From the NCBI GenBank assembly GCA_038496445.1, contig JALMLS010000453.1, positions 124,001 through 188,000 of the forward strand: a stretch of 64,000 nt of DNA, given 5' to 3'. This DNA comes from Trichosphaerium sp. ATCC 40318 (taxonomy: Eukaryota > Protista > Tubulinea). Below are positions 47,489-62,377 of this stretch, one piece after another (within the stretch, counting starts at the first letter, position 1; each line of letters starts with the position of its first letter). The position numbers were made by a program, and so were the translations under genes. Below the pieces are notes generated by a model. The model had not been told where the DNA came from, did no database searches, and was given only the letters and a program-made list of their open reading frames with translations.

Positions 47489-48700
47489 TTAGAGCTGTAA
47501 GCAACAATCAAGATTTACAAATTCATCTCCAATGAATGCAACTGTTTTTTCAGGTGTGGTATCAAGATGATAACAGTTGCCTTCTATGGTCCCTTGATTG
47601 TTCCAAGGATCAGATAGCCCGTATATCTGTACATGACCTCTTCTGGAACCATACACAAGCTTCAAAGCATCGATTTCAACAATCTGTTTTGTGAAGCAAC
47701 TTCTCTTGAACCCTTTGTTGAAAAATGGTGTGTTTGGTTTTCTAATATCCACAATGCTCACGTGTTTGTAATTACATCCACCAATAGTATTATTTATCAA
47801 TGTACTTACATTTGAGAACTCTGGAACTACCATCACTGCTTCATGACCTGACCTTTCATCCCATACTTTTGTTGTTGTTTTGTTTGAAGATAAAACAAGA
47901 TTTCCAAAAAGTGAAGTACGCACTGAATAGACGCCAGAATCATGACCTGCAAATACCATTCTTCTCTTTGATTGAGCTACATCATATATCAAAACATTTT
48001 TAATATCCCAACCATACACTGTTCCTGAGTTGTCTGAAAGTCCGTAAGCAATAGAATTCTCATCAACAAAACACATTCCATGTGGTTTTTGTTTCAATCC
48101 CAAATTAGAGCAAGACGAGGTTTTATCACTTCTATTCCATACAATTATTCCCCTTTCTATACCCACAGCTACTGTACTTTGGCTGAGAGCACATGTTTTA
48201 CCATCAGCCATCGCGAGCCTTGGATGAGTGAAATGAGAAGTCTTTGAATTTTCCTGAAACATAACGACTCCTCTTGTTCTTGATGTAGTCCCTCCGCACA
48301 CCAGGAAGCGATTATTATTGTCTGGATCTATTCTCATATCGTTTATCCAATCCCCAGCGTATATTTTTACCAAACGCTCCTTTTTTAGGGCTTTTATGTC
48401 GTGTTCTTTGAAAGCGCTCATCTTCATTATAAACGTCTTTTTTGTCCTTTGTATCCATGCCTCTTGTTCTCGTACATGTCCATAACATTGTTGGTACACC
48501 CAAAGAGGAGTTGGGAAGGTTTTTGCGTAAATCTTGCTCCAAACAAAATTAGAACTGCAAATATTGTTCATATTTAAGCACGTGGTAGACAACGCAAGAA
48601 TATCACTGTAGGAAACATGCGAGAGTATTTCAATACACGTTTCTGTTGGTAAACGCAATAAATGGCATTCTTCACTTTCGTTTACACCTTTCTGAGTCAT
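47489..48700 (-). CDS. F-box + WD40-like beta-propeller protein (intronless)
   Basis: LLRLPTETCIEILSHVSYSDILALSTTC...VW; GHDSGVYSV...TKVWDER. Confidence 0.8.
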   Translation of the reverse strand: MTQKGVNESEECHLLRLPTETCIEILSHVSYSDILALSTTCLNMNNICSSNFVWSKIYAKTFPTPLWVYQQCYGHVREQEAWIQRTKKTFIMKMSAFKEHDIKALKKERLVKIYAGDWINDMRIDPDNNNRFLVCGGTTSRTRGVVMFQENSKTSHFTHPRLAMADGKTCALSQSTVAVGIERGIIVWNRSDKTSSCSNLGLKQKPHGMCFVDENSIAYGLSDNSGTVYGWDIKNVLIYDVAQSKRRMVFAGHDSGVYSVRTSLFGNLVLSSNKTTTKVWDERSGHEAVMVVPEFSNVSTLINNTIGGCNYKHVSIVDIRKPNTPFFNKGFKRSCFTKQIVEIDALKLVYGSRRGHVQIYGLSDPWNNQGTIEGNCYHLDTTPEKTVAFIGDEFVNLDCCLQL

Positions 48701-49054
48701 TGGCGTGGATGGTAGAGTAAATATAAGTAACTTCTATGGACTTTAACTGAATTCTGGAAGGTACTTAAAGATGACTTGTTGCATGTGGCGATCTGTTCAT
48801 CACCCTTGTTTACATCAACTTTTCGGAAGCGCTTTAGATTTTAGTAGGCTCAGAACGACTTTGATGTTTGAGAATCTCTGTTGATTTAATACTTCATCAG
48901 TCACTGCAAGATTTAAACGATACAGAACAACTAATGGTTTTCTGTACACATAAATAAGCGCTTACAAATGAAGACTGTTTGTAACAACTTTTTGAGTCAC
49001 GTGTTTTCTTATTTAGTACGTTGGATAATTATCACGCCACACGATTAAGCTCAA

Positions 49055-50356
49055 ATGGAAGCACAGGCTGCTCTAAGGGTTGATCAAATACCAATCGAAA
49101 TATGGATTATAATCTTTAATTTTGTACCTGACATGTGCATACCTCTCGTTGGAGAAGTATGCACTTTATTTTCATTTGTGGTAAAACATTATTTGGATTA
49201 TACGCACAACGTAGTCGTTACAATCGCAAACAGACAACAACTCAAAGAGTATCACCAACAGAAGTTCCCTTTTCATTTAAAAACATGTAAGGTTGCTATT
49301 TGTTACAACATGGAGGTAGAAGATTTTGAAAAATATCTTCAACAAGCTTTTTCTATTCAATGTGTTTTTAAAAATGTGACTGAGAACTTTGCCAAAGCAT
49401 TAATTGGCGTACATACGATTGATCTTAGTTTTACTCGAGTTAAAGATGAAAGCATTATCTCATTGGCTGGAGTTCATACAATTAATCTCAAAAGTACTAA
49501 GGTGACAGATAAGGGTATCAAAGCGTTGGCTGGAGTTCATTCAATTAATCTTAGTTTCACTAAAGTGACAGACAAAGGTATCAGGGCGCTTGCTGGAGTT
49601 CATACAATTCATCTTTGTGATACGCGAGTGACGGATAAGGGTATCAAAGCAATAGCTGGAGTTTATAGAATTAGTCTGTCCGACACTGAAGTGACAAACG
49701 CCGGTATTGCAGCATTGGCCGGAGTTCATGCTATTAATTTGTGTTCTACTTGCGTAACAGATCTTGGTATCCAGGCATTAGCAGGAGTTCATACGATTAA
49801 TCTTGAAGGCACTAATATAACAGATAAAGGTATCAAAGCGTTGGCTGGAGTTCACACGATTGATCTATCTGGTACTCGAGTTACAGACCAAGGTATACAG
49901 GCACTAGCTGGAGTACATACAATTAATCTTTGTGATACTCGAGTTACAGATAAAGGTGTCACAGCGTTAGGTGGAGTACATACAATTGATCTTGAAGGCA
50001 CTAAAGTGACAGATACAGGTATCAAAGCGTTGGCTGGAGTTCATACGATTGACCTTGGTTATACTAAAGTAACAGATGAAGGCATCCAAGCTTTGGCTGG
50101 AGTTCATTCAATTAATCTTAGTTCTACTGCTGTAACAGATGAGGGTATCGAAGCACTAGCTGGAGTGCATACTATTCATCTTTGTGATTGTAAAGTGACT
50201 AACAAAGGTATCAGAGCGTTGGCTGGCGCTCATACGATTGATCTTGGATATACTAATCTGACAGATAAAGGCATCAAAGTACTGGCTGGAGGTTATGCAA
50301 TTAATCTTGGTTACATCGATGGGTCAGATGAGACTAACAGCATGTTGTGGTGGTGA
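49055..50356 (+). CDS. F-box + 21-aa LRR tandem-array protein (intronless, ~15 repeats)
   Basis: IPIEIWIIIFNFV...VCTLF F-box; highly regular ALAGVHTIxLxxTxVTDKGIK repeats with a 63-nt period. Confidence 0.9.
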   Translation: MEAQAALRVDQIPIEIWIIIFNFVPDMCIPLVGEVCTLFSFVVKHYLDYTHNVVVTIANRQQLKEYHQQKFPFHLKTCKVAICYNMEVEDFEKYLQQAFSIQCVFKNVTENFAKALIGVHTIDLSFTRVKDESIISLAGVHTINLKSTKVTDKGIKALAGVHSINLSFTKVTDKGIRALAGVHTIHLCDTRVTDKGIKAIAGVYRISLSDTEVTNAGIAALAGVHAINLCSTCVTDLGIQALAGVHTINLEGTNITDKGIKALAGVHTIDLSGTRVTDQGIQALAGVHTINLCDTRVTDKGVTALGGVHTIDLEGTKVTDTGIKALAGVHTIDLGYTKVTDEGIQALAGVHSINLSSTAVTDEGIEALAGVHTIHLCDCKVTNKGIRALAGAHTIDLGYTNLTDKGIKVLAGGYAINLGYIDGSDETNSMLWW

Positions 50357-50939
50357 TGAGATTGAATTTTAAAAAGAATAATCAGATTGCAATGAATTAC
50401 AATTAGTATTATGCAAATTGGTATTATTTGAATTTGTACTTGCCACAAAAAACCAAATATTCATACTATAAAAATGCTGTACTTCGCTTTGAAATCTGTT
50501 ATGTGGTTAAATGAGGACATACAGTTGACCTGAAATGTTGGCAAACAAGTCGTTTATTCAATATTGTAAGTGGTTTTTTGTGACAGCAAGGTCTAAATTG
50601 CGGATCAGACGGTGAGTTTCTGTTAATACCCATATTTACTTACAAGTTAACATCCTAATCTTGTGCTGTTTGTTGAAAGTACTTACTGTCTAGATAAAGT
50701 CCTGTACCTAAAAATAAGTTTCTAAATGCATGGTCTTAAGAACAATAAGGCAACTATTAACTATTGGTGCTATTCGATTCGCTACACTAATATCAGCCCT
50801 TAAATATTAACCTTCTGAAACATTTTCATATCCAAGCGGATTGTTGCATAATCAGTGCTAAAATTAGAAAAAACCGCTACATCTATTACTGGATTACATT
50901 GTCGGTGGGGAATATTGTCAGCACACGATTTACAGGTGT

Positions 50940-52359
50940 TCAAGGAACAATCTCTATTGTTGGTCCGTCATCACTTTCTTTGCGTTTTTTCTTCTTTTGT
51001 GGTTCTGTATTCTTGACATACTTCCTGACATGCCTTCGCCATACCTTTTAAACCATCAATCACAAATATAACCAATGCAACATACTTTATGTCCGTCCTT
51101 TAGCTCACCGCCAAAAACTTCATCAAGTTGATCTTTGTCAATGTATTTTAATAGATCATCTTTACCAGAAGCTATTGTAAACTACTAGCATGTTAATCAC
51201 GTGCTTTACAAAAACAACGAAAACCTAACCCTGTCTAACAGTTTCTTTTTCATAAACAGGCTTGCAACAGTAAACAGTGCTCTATAAATAGAAGGAGCAT
51301 TCAAAACCTAGCAAAAATATTAAACTCACTGGAAAAAAACAAACTTAATACAAATATTGCACTTACAATTACTTTCTTTAGTCTCATTGGAAAGTTATTC
51401 TGAAGAGCCTAGGTATTCATAAGCTTATAAGGCAATATTAAATTACTAATCTCAAAGAAAAACGAACCGTCATAAGTTTATTTTGTAGCTTCATATCAAA
51501 GTGCTTCCATCCGACTATAAAACAACTTTAGCATTTCCAAAAACAAATCCTTGTTGTCGTACCTCCAGACATATCTTGTACAAAAACTATACCACGCCTA
51601 TGGTAATCTAACAAAATAAGATACAGAGCAGACACACTGTAGTACCCATAGACTCATAAAAAACACCACGTGAATAAACCCATATCATAAAATTCATGAT
51701 ATCTTCATGTGAGAAAATTTCCGGATCAAGACGAGCTGGATTTGCATAAACTATGCCATACCCATCCTTCAACAATGTAATCAATACCCACAGAAACATT
51801 AAATACAACTAAAATCGTCATACCTTAGAACGAGCTCCTGGGTAAGCCCAACAGTAATCCAACTCAAAAAACTTTTTGTTCAAGTTTTTGTAGTAAGGGA
51901 ACGGAGAAAATTGTGGGTTGGCTATTCTCCACTAAAAAACACGTGAGTCTGAGGAGTCATAGTGACGTATTCTATGGAGGTTTTTTGGTTGAATGTGATT
52001 GTAATTCACGAGAAGTTGCCCCGGGGCGTACTTTTTCGAGTGAATTGAGCATCTTTTCTGTTCTCTTGACGTCGCATTTGCGAGAAAACAGACAAGCGCA
52101 TAAAAAATCGTCAGTGTAGTCTGTAACGTTTTTAACAACATCAGTCTGCTTTAAAGTAGCCAGCGCTTGTTGTTCGATTGGAAATAACTGATCTTGGACT
52201 GTTTGAGTGTTGTACTCTCCTAAATCCAACTAAACAATGCTATTAGCATACTCTATAATGTTTGAATACGTGTAAGGATCGTAATACCTTTCTAGCGGTT
52301 TCTGGGATGCCTTTTAGGTTGTCTGTCTTTTTCTTGCTTTTAGAAGTCTTCTTTTCCAT
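50940..52359 (-). CDS. CRAL-TRIO (Sec14-like) lipid-binding protein, multi-exon
   Basis: DDFLCACLFSRKCDV, GFVFGNAK, ALQNNFPMRLKKVIVLNAP, IDKDQLDEVFGG. Confidence 0.75.
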
Positions 52360-52857
52360 CAGTGGTTGCTTGTACTTGTCAATTGCTACTTTTAGATGGT
52401 AATTTTGTTCACTTTCAAGCCTTAATTCGGTGAATCCGCGCGTTTCTTAGGCGTTACTCATTTTTTGCTTTCAAAAATTACCCGAGCCCCGAAATATAGC
52501 TTAGAGACCCCTAGAACTTATGTCTAACAGCTGCGTTGACAAAATTAACTACCCGAGCAAGTTGCGGCGAAAACTTGTGATACTTGCACTTTGGACACAA
52601 TATTTGCTTTTGATACGCAGAAAATATGCGCACAAGTGCCAACGGTTTTTTGAACTCGCAAATACTTCTTTACCTTGTCATTCTGTACCAGTACTCACCC
52701 TAACAAAACACTTCATACAACAAAAAACATACAACAAAAGTCAAAATATGCATCGTGTGCTTGTAATATTTTTTATTTAATTTCCTTACTGACATTGTTG
52801 AACCTAACACCACACCAGCACACACAGTGAGAGACTGTAAAATTACATGGTGTTAAC

Positions 52858-54963
<2,106 letters not shown>

Positions 54964-55222
54964 GTTTGCAGCCAACTATTGTTGTATGGGTCAAAAGAGT
55001 TCTATAGTCGTTTAACACAACAAAGCGTCTAAGAAGTAGTACGCACTTCTTACGCGTTATAATAACGAAACGAGAGGTCGCTTCTTATTTTTTATAAATT
55101 ATAATAGTGTACATTTTGAGTGCGTCAGCCAGCGCTCTTTTAGGTGATAGCGAGAATGGTGGAGTGTTTAGTGATTTTTTTTGTACAGTGGCTCGTGTTT
55201 TTACAAAAAGTTGTTTTTTTTT

Positions 55223-56183
55223 TTAGCTTTCGTTTGCAATTTGTTTCATTTTTTGTAGTAAATTATGTGTAAACCAAGCCTGAGTCCACCTTGGAAGGCG
55301 TTAACATGATGTTTACATGATGTATAAGTTTGTTATCGACACTACTATTTTACTACGCACCTAGCTAAAGGGTAACCAGCCTTTGTAAGCCAGCTGTTTG
55401 GTGTACTAAATGACAGCATTGAAAAAGTGACAGTTTTTTTTTCCATGTCCATTTCTACCGAGAACCTGGCTTCCCCACGCTCTACATGCTGTGGAAGGGT
55501 ACCTTATATTATTGTTTTAATATCTAAACGGTCTAGGGAGGATGATCGTACCTGTTGCGAAAGCGAACACTCGTTTTTCTTCAAGAGTTTCATCAATTAC
55601 GTACACAATACGAACAACATTCAAGAAATGCATACCGTATTGGCAAGCTACGATAGCGAGCGTTGTCCCTATGAATTGATATGTAAGTAAGGGGACAAGA
55701 GCTCACGTGGATGGCGATAATTTTGTCAACAATTCATGTTCATGTGTTGAAGGTTTCGGTGAAGACAAAGTTTTTTTTGTAAAGTGGTGAATGTAGAGAT
55801 TGTAAATGCTACCTGATTGAATATTGGCATCTGCTGGATAGGTTTCCACGCCTGGTTGTTTAAAACTGTGGCTTAGTGAGCAAGAATATGCAACGTTGCG
55901 ATAGCTTACATTTCCCAAGCTTTCAGGGCGCTCACTGCGCGTTGGAATACCTTTTCACCCTTTCCTAGTGTCATTTAGAAAATCTCGCTAGTAGGTTACG
56001 CGTACCAAGCGAAATTGACGCTGAATCTACATCGTAAGCGTGAAAAGCGTCATTTTGTTCCAATTCTTCTTTGCTTGTATTAACTGTACCCCGAACTTCG
56101 TCGTACGAGTAACCTTGCTCTGTGTGATCCCACAAGCATTGTGTAATTGCCTCTTCCGTTGGTTTGAACAAGGACAAGCTCAT
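55223..56183 (-). CDS. DUF1990 (YndJ-like) family protein, multi-exon
   Basis: YSYDEVRGT, LNVVRIVYV, YGTLPQHVERGEARFSVE, FSTPNSWLTKAGYPLAR. Confidence 0.75.
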
Positions 56184-56472
56184 TTTGATGTGCGATTGGC
56201 TGTTCGTTGCGAACGGAAAGAATTGTACAAATGTGACTAGTTTTGAACTGCTACATTTTTTTGGTGACACTATGTGACATAGATAACATTGTGCTCTGTG
56301 GGTAAAGAACAATTACAGGAGTAAAATAAGCACAATTGTGGTACAAAATGTCACAAATGTAGATATTGCCGCCGTTGGTGCTTGTTTCCGTGGGTAGGTG
56401 GTACACGTAGAAATGTGCAACGACCTTAATGAAATAAGCGACACAACGAGTTAAATATCAAATAGGAAAGCA

Positions 56473-59400
56473 ATGAAGGTTGGTTTGCTTATTTTGGTGT
56501 GCTTAGGCGTCTCTTTGGCGATTATGATGCCAAAAAACTGTACGTTGTAACAGAAAAAGTTTTCTTTCGCATTAACCGCGTGCCAGCATATTGATTGCTC
56601 GTCCTTTTGTTAAATTGCTCAAAAACGGAGCTCTTTTCTGTTTTACAGACAATGACGGGCGAATGATCTAATTTTCATACGTAGGGGGCTTTAAGGATAC
56701 GCCACGTCAACGAGCAGAAGCAATGTTGGCCAAAATGAACACGACAGAAAAATTTTTGATGATTCACGGTAGCCCAGGTCGCTACGTTGGTAATGTACCA
56801 GCTATTCCTCGCTTAGGCATTCCTACACTCACTCTGGAAGACGGCCCACAGGTATTTTTCTTCACCAACGGTTTATTTCTTATTTCTACGTTGTTTTGAC
56901 CTAAAATTATTACGTATCGCGCTGTTTAAACGACTAAAACTGCACGCTTGTTCAACCGACTTTTCCTAAATTGTTGCTCCACGCTTTTCTATTTTTTCTC
57001 ATTATGTATACAAGGGCGTTGCCGATGGAGTAAGTAAGGTTACAGCATGGCCTAGTGCCTTGACTGTTATGGCTTCATGGGACCGTACCATGATGTACAA
57101 CTATGCTGCAGCCATGGGAAAAGAACAAAGAGGAAAGGGAACTAATATTATGTTGGGACCAATGGTGAACATAGCAAGGATACCAATGGGCGGTAGAAAC
57201 TTTGAGAGTTTTGGAGAGGTACTTAATTTTCGTGGGGAAGTTTTTCCGATTTGAAGCCACGTGCCCTTCTTTTCGCTGTAAATCTTTGGCCTATTTTCTG
57301 TATTTCCTCATTTTTTGTTGTAGGATCCTTATCTCGCCTCACAAATGGTAACCCATTCCATCACTGGTATTCAAAGCCAAAATATAATGGCTACAGTAAA
57401 GCATTTTATTGATAATAACCAAGAGTATCATAGAACTACTGTATGTCGCACTTGTGGCTTCCCGTAACATTTTTTTAAAGATATTTTGCTGACCAAGACT
57501 TTCTCCTTAGGTCAGCGCTAATATCGACGAGCGTACTCAATACGAGATTTACTACCCGGCTTTCAAAGCCGCTATCGATGCAGGTGTTTGTACGTAAAGT
57601 GTACTTAAATTATATCCTAAACGAGATGTCTTCAGGTGCTGTCATGTGCAGTTATAATAAAATTAACAGCACTTGGGCTTGTGAAAATGAGGTATCACTA
57701 ACAACTGATTTGAAGACCACCATGGGTTTTCAGGGTTTCGTCATGTCCGATTGGGGTAAACATTAAGCATAGAGTTTACAGTTTTTAACGTTATGTAGGT
57801 GCCACACACAGTACAGCAAAAGCTGCAAACGCAGGTCTTGACATGCAAATGCCAGATGCTTCTTATTTCGGTACTGCACTCCAAAAAGCTGTAAGCAGTG
57901 GTACGTACTATTGTTTATTTTCTACACTATTTTGTGCACAAAACCGGCCTTCTATCATCGATGGGAAACCTCTAGAGAAAGACTCTCTGTTGTGCTATTT
58001 TAAACAAATCAAAAATGAATGTGATTGCTAAGAAGTGATATTTTAGGTGCTGTACAGATGTCACGTATAGATGATATGGTCGTCCGTATTTTGACATCAA
58101 TGTATGCTTGTGGTCTCTTTGATCATCCAAGAACTGGAAATATCGACGCTGATGTTCAATCTCCAGAACATGTCACACTTGCTAGAACCTTATCAGAGGC
58201 TGGTACAGTATTATTAAAGAATGGCGGTACGCTAAACTTTTTTTCATTGTTGAAAATCACGTGATTTGACCCAAGTTTTTAGGTATCTTGCCATTGGATA
58301 TGACCAAAATAAAGAGTATTGCTGTCATTGGAGATGATGGTAATGCTAATCCAATTGCTACCGGTGGTGGTTCTGGAAAAGTAAGATTGCCTTATCTAGG
58401 TACGTCATCTTCACTTTTTTGTTTACTGTGCGTTCTAATTTCTTGATAGTTACTCCACTTACTGTACGTTGGTAACATGATCAGAAGGGCATAATATTCC
58501 CATCCTAAGAGATTTTCTTTTTGTTTCACTTACACTTTCATTTGAACTACAAGCCTCTCTTTTCTGACATTCTTATCCTTATGTATTTACAATGTTTTAG
58601 GGCATTACTAAAAGAGCTGGATCAGCTGCAACTGTTACATATGCAAGCAGCAGCTCAATTACTTCTGCAGTAAACATGGCTAAAGCGGTAGATGTCGCTA
58701 TTGTTTTTGGCGCCACAACATCCCACGAGGGTGCTGATAGATCTAGCCTTGACTTAGATGGGAACACAAATGATCTTATCGCTGCTGTAGCAGCAGCTCA
58801 GGAGAATACAGTTGTCGTTCTACACAATCCAGGTAAATATCTTTGTTCCCCTCTTCTATTTCGCTTAGTATTTCTTTACTACAATGCTGAATTGTTAACG
58901 TTCTATAAACAGGTGCTGTTGTTATGCCTTGGGTGGATAAGGTATCTTCTATCGTTACAGCATTCATGCCTGGACAAGAAGACGGTAATGCTATTGCCAG
59001 TATTCTTTTTGGTGATGTCAATCCTTCTGGAAAGTTGCCACTAACGTACGCCATAAATGTTCTCCTGCATGCGATCTAATATTGTTTTAGATTCACTACC
59101 TCTGAGAAGCTTATACCTACAAATACAACAAAACAGTACCCGGGTATTAATGATCAAGGCGCATACTCTGAGAAACTTCTTGTTGGATACAGATGGTACG
59201 CATAACCAAAATGAGTGATTCGTCGAGAGCTTGGCAAATCTTTACTTCGATTGTTATTTTTTCTAATTTGTTGATTAGGTATGATGCTAACAAGATTGAT
59301 CCTCTGTTCCCATTCGGTCATGGTCTTTCTTACACAACATTTAAGTATGATAATCTTGTTGTAAATAAATACCAAGTATCTTGTCAAATTACAAACTCAG

Positions 59401-59774
59401 GCGATGTAGCAGGTTCCGAAGGTACTTCTATAAAAGACGTTTTCTTTTTTTATTCAACTTACCTTCTTCCTAGTCGTACAACTATACCTCGCATTTCCAT
59501 CATCTGCTGGAGAACCTCCACTTCAACTCAAGGGATTTGAGAAGGTAAATTAGAGTGGTTACCACTTGAATGGCACTGAAGATTTTGATTTTTTTTGTAG
59601 GTTTCATTGGCTAAAGGAGCATCAACAACTGTGACATTCACTCTATCGAACCCAGACTTTTCTATATGGGACTCTAGTATTCATGGATGGAAGCTTGTAA
59701 CTGGTTCTTTTTTTGCTCATATTGGATCATCATCACGTGATATCAGACTAGCAGGTGCCATCACAGTTGCTTAA
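56473..59774 (+). CDS. Secreted glycoside hydrolase family 3 beta-glucosidase (many exons, including a 14-nt microexon)
   Basis: [49 protein letters not shown] (nucleophile), [24 protein letters not shown]. Confidence 0.95.
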
Positions 59775-60954
59775 AAATAAACCAAAGCATTACATAAAAA
59801 AGACTCGTGTTGAAGATTTTCTTTTGCATCAAATGATTGTCCACGTTTCTTTTCAATAGTATTTACGACGGTTTGTACGTTTGAACAGAGTTTTTCACTT
59901 TTAGTGCTGACTCACACGAAGTTGTTAGTCTAAGATAAAATCAACATAACAACGGACCTGGTTTTACAACTTGTACTCTAAGGTGTACTGGGGGTTTCTT
60001 ACTATGTCAAGCAAAACTTTCCCTTTAGGACAACGGAGCAATGTGGGTCATGCACAGCAAGTGACCACGGAGGGTTTTACTATGATATGCGTTTTAATGA
60101 ACAAATGATCATTAAGGAGAATCAAAAGTTTGAACGTTTGGTGGTACCAAAGGCTAGAGCATTGGAGATGTTCAGGGTACCAAAGCAACAAACCAATTGT
60201 TGTACAATCTCATTTTTTACTTTTTAGTACTCCTTATAAGACAGAAATAATCAACCTTAAAGTACCTGACGGAGAAGCATGTATTGCATATAGGTTCGTG
60301 CTAACAATCTCTGAGTGCACGAGCTTGTTTTGAGGCTTGCTAGCAACGACAAAATGATGTTGGCTAGTTTTGCTGGCGTTTAAACTGATGTTTCCGTTAG
60401 ATGCGGACCGTATTGAGTTAAGTAGGGCCTCATCTCCCTAGTACTAGATATATTAGGGCTTTTGAGATCTACCACAACTCCAGTTCCTACTGGCTCGAAA
60501 ACGCTGAAAATGATGTTTTACAGCGAGTATATGGTATTTCCTTCCCTCTCAAGGATACGCTTATGGAATGGTAAACTTGCGAGAGGAAGCTGCTACAATA
60601 AGAAACTTAGAGATTGAACGTCAACGTTAAAGATAACAAGGTATCACTGGAGAAAGTAACATTATTTATTATTTTCAGATGCTAAGTTGGTCACAGCGCA
60701 ACTCATGCTGCATGAGAGTGAAACCTATGTGATCTTGTATTGCCATAATCCCATCACGTGGGTTTCTTGTAATTAACCATTTGAGTTGTGTTTCATAACT
60801 TGTGTCTCAATGGGTTGAAAGGCTCTAAATTAAAAAAAGAAAATGCCAACAATCAATTTATTTATAGTTTGCTGAACACTAGCACTGAGAACCAAGTAAC
60901 AACATGGATGTGGTTACTATATAGATACACTTGCTTACTTACATTCATAGCGGA

Positions 60955-61329
60955 TTACCCCTCCGACCCCTCTCATCGTACCATCGAAATTATTACATCT
61001 TCCAGCGCTAGGTGTTCGCTTATTGCAGCGTCTACCACAGTTTTTCTTGCCTGATATGTGTTCATACTATACTTTGAAGTGAGTCGAAAGTTGAACAGCG
61101 TAGACAATGGAGAAGTGCGTACGCCATCATATTTCTCGCTAGGGCAAGATCCCCAACGGTCGGCGCAAAAAGTTCCAGACTCTCCGTCAGTGTTTTCATA
61201 CAGCCTAGAGCACCATTTGCCTAAGCACGCTTCTACCTCTTCATCATTTCCTGATACAGGACATGCGAACATAAAGATTACAAACAGAATAGCCAAGGAT
61301 AGCGTAGGTATTAAAGAAAAGTTGCTCAT
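60955..61329 (-). CDS. Small secreted Cys-rich peptide (intron 61067-61122)
   Basis: Signal peptide; spliced C-terminus ...CPSEKYDG|YEHISGKKNCGRRCNKRTPSAGRCNNFDG; GT-AG intron with a branch-like GACTCAC. Confidence 0.6.
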
Positions 61330-61478
61330 TGTTTGGTGATATTAATTTTTTGAGTGAAAAGTTGTAGTGAGGTTTTCAAGAGTTTGTCCGATATAATCCC
61401 GATTTCACATAACACTAAACTACACGACTCTCACGACTGTACACGAGGACCACAAAAATGCACGAGATATGGTCCAAT

Positions 61479-61604
61479 GCTGTTCAACTGTCGACTCACT
61501 TCAAAGTATAGTTTGAACACATATCAGGCAAGAAAAACTGTGGTAGACGATGTAATAAGCGAACACCTATCGCTAGAAGATGTAATGACTATCATGGTAT
61601 GATG
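61479..61604 (+). repeat. Inverted ~125-bp copy of the 3' intron half and exon 2 of the 60955-61329 gene
   Basis: About 90% identical to the reverse complement of ~60975-61099; keeps the acceptor GTATAG and all Cys codons. Confidence 0.85.
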
Positions 61605-62377
61605 CTTGGTCTGAGAACGCTCTTCATTATGTTGCTGGTGAGCAACAAGGAGAGCATATAAATGCCTGTTAATTCTTAGGCAAATTGTTGCTAACTTTCT
61701 TTAAGCATTTGAAAGAATGTGCGATACAGTTAAATTCATTTATTCGTTATTGCTGGCACCTGGGAGACAAGCTCTCCTTCAAGTATACAACTTGTCAGGT
61801 GTAGATTATGACCTAGTAGAAACCATCGGATTCCTTTTGCCACTCTCACTCAATTTCCCACGCATATCTTCATTTAGGTTGTCATATAATTTTATTATTA
61901 TGAAGCTAATGAAGCTACTAAAGCTTTTGAATGCTATCTGTCAGGCTCTGTACATGCCTTAAGTGTAAATCCTAAGGTAGCATAATAAACAGTTTCCAAC
62001 TAAATCCTACTTTACGTACTCCTTACAACTTCAAGTACAACGCAGCGAAAATTGTCAAAATTCATCGAATTTTGATGGTACTCAATTTACGAAATCATCA
62101 CATGAAGTCATTACTGGACAATTTACTGACACGAACGATTTACATCTGGTCACTGGGAAAACTATCAATATGATATGTTTACTTTTGAAGTTTCTGAAGG
62201 AACGAGAATAAATGATGGTCTTCATTTACAATATCACGTGCACTGTGCGAAAAAAATGCGAAAATATGTAAAAGTAGTACGACAAATCCAATCATATGGT
62301 ATTCGCCATGATAATGAAATTAAGTTTTACTATCAGAGTTTCAAACAAACAAACAAATAACTGCTTTGGTTTGTGAT

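Noticed and set aside
49390-50320. 63-nt periodic repeats as a CRISPR array or satellite
   Set aside because: They are in-frame LRR coding units with no repeat-spacer structure and no cas genes; the context is eukaryotic.
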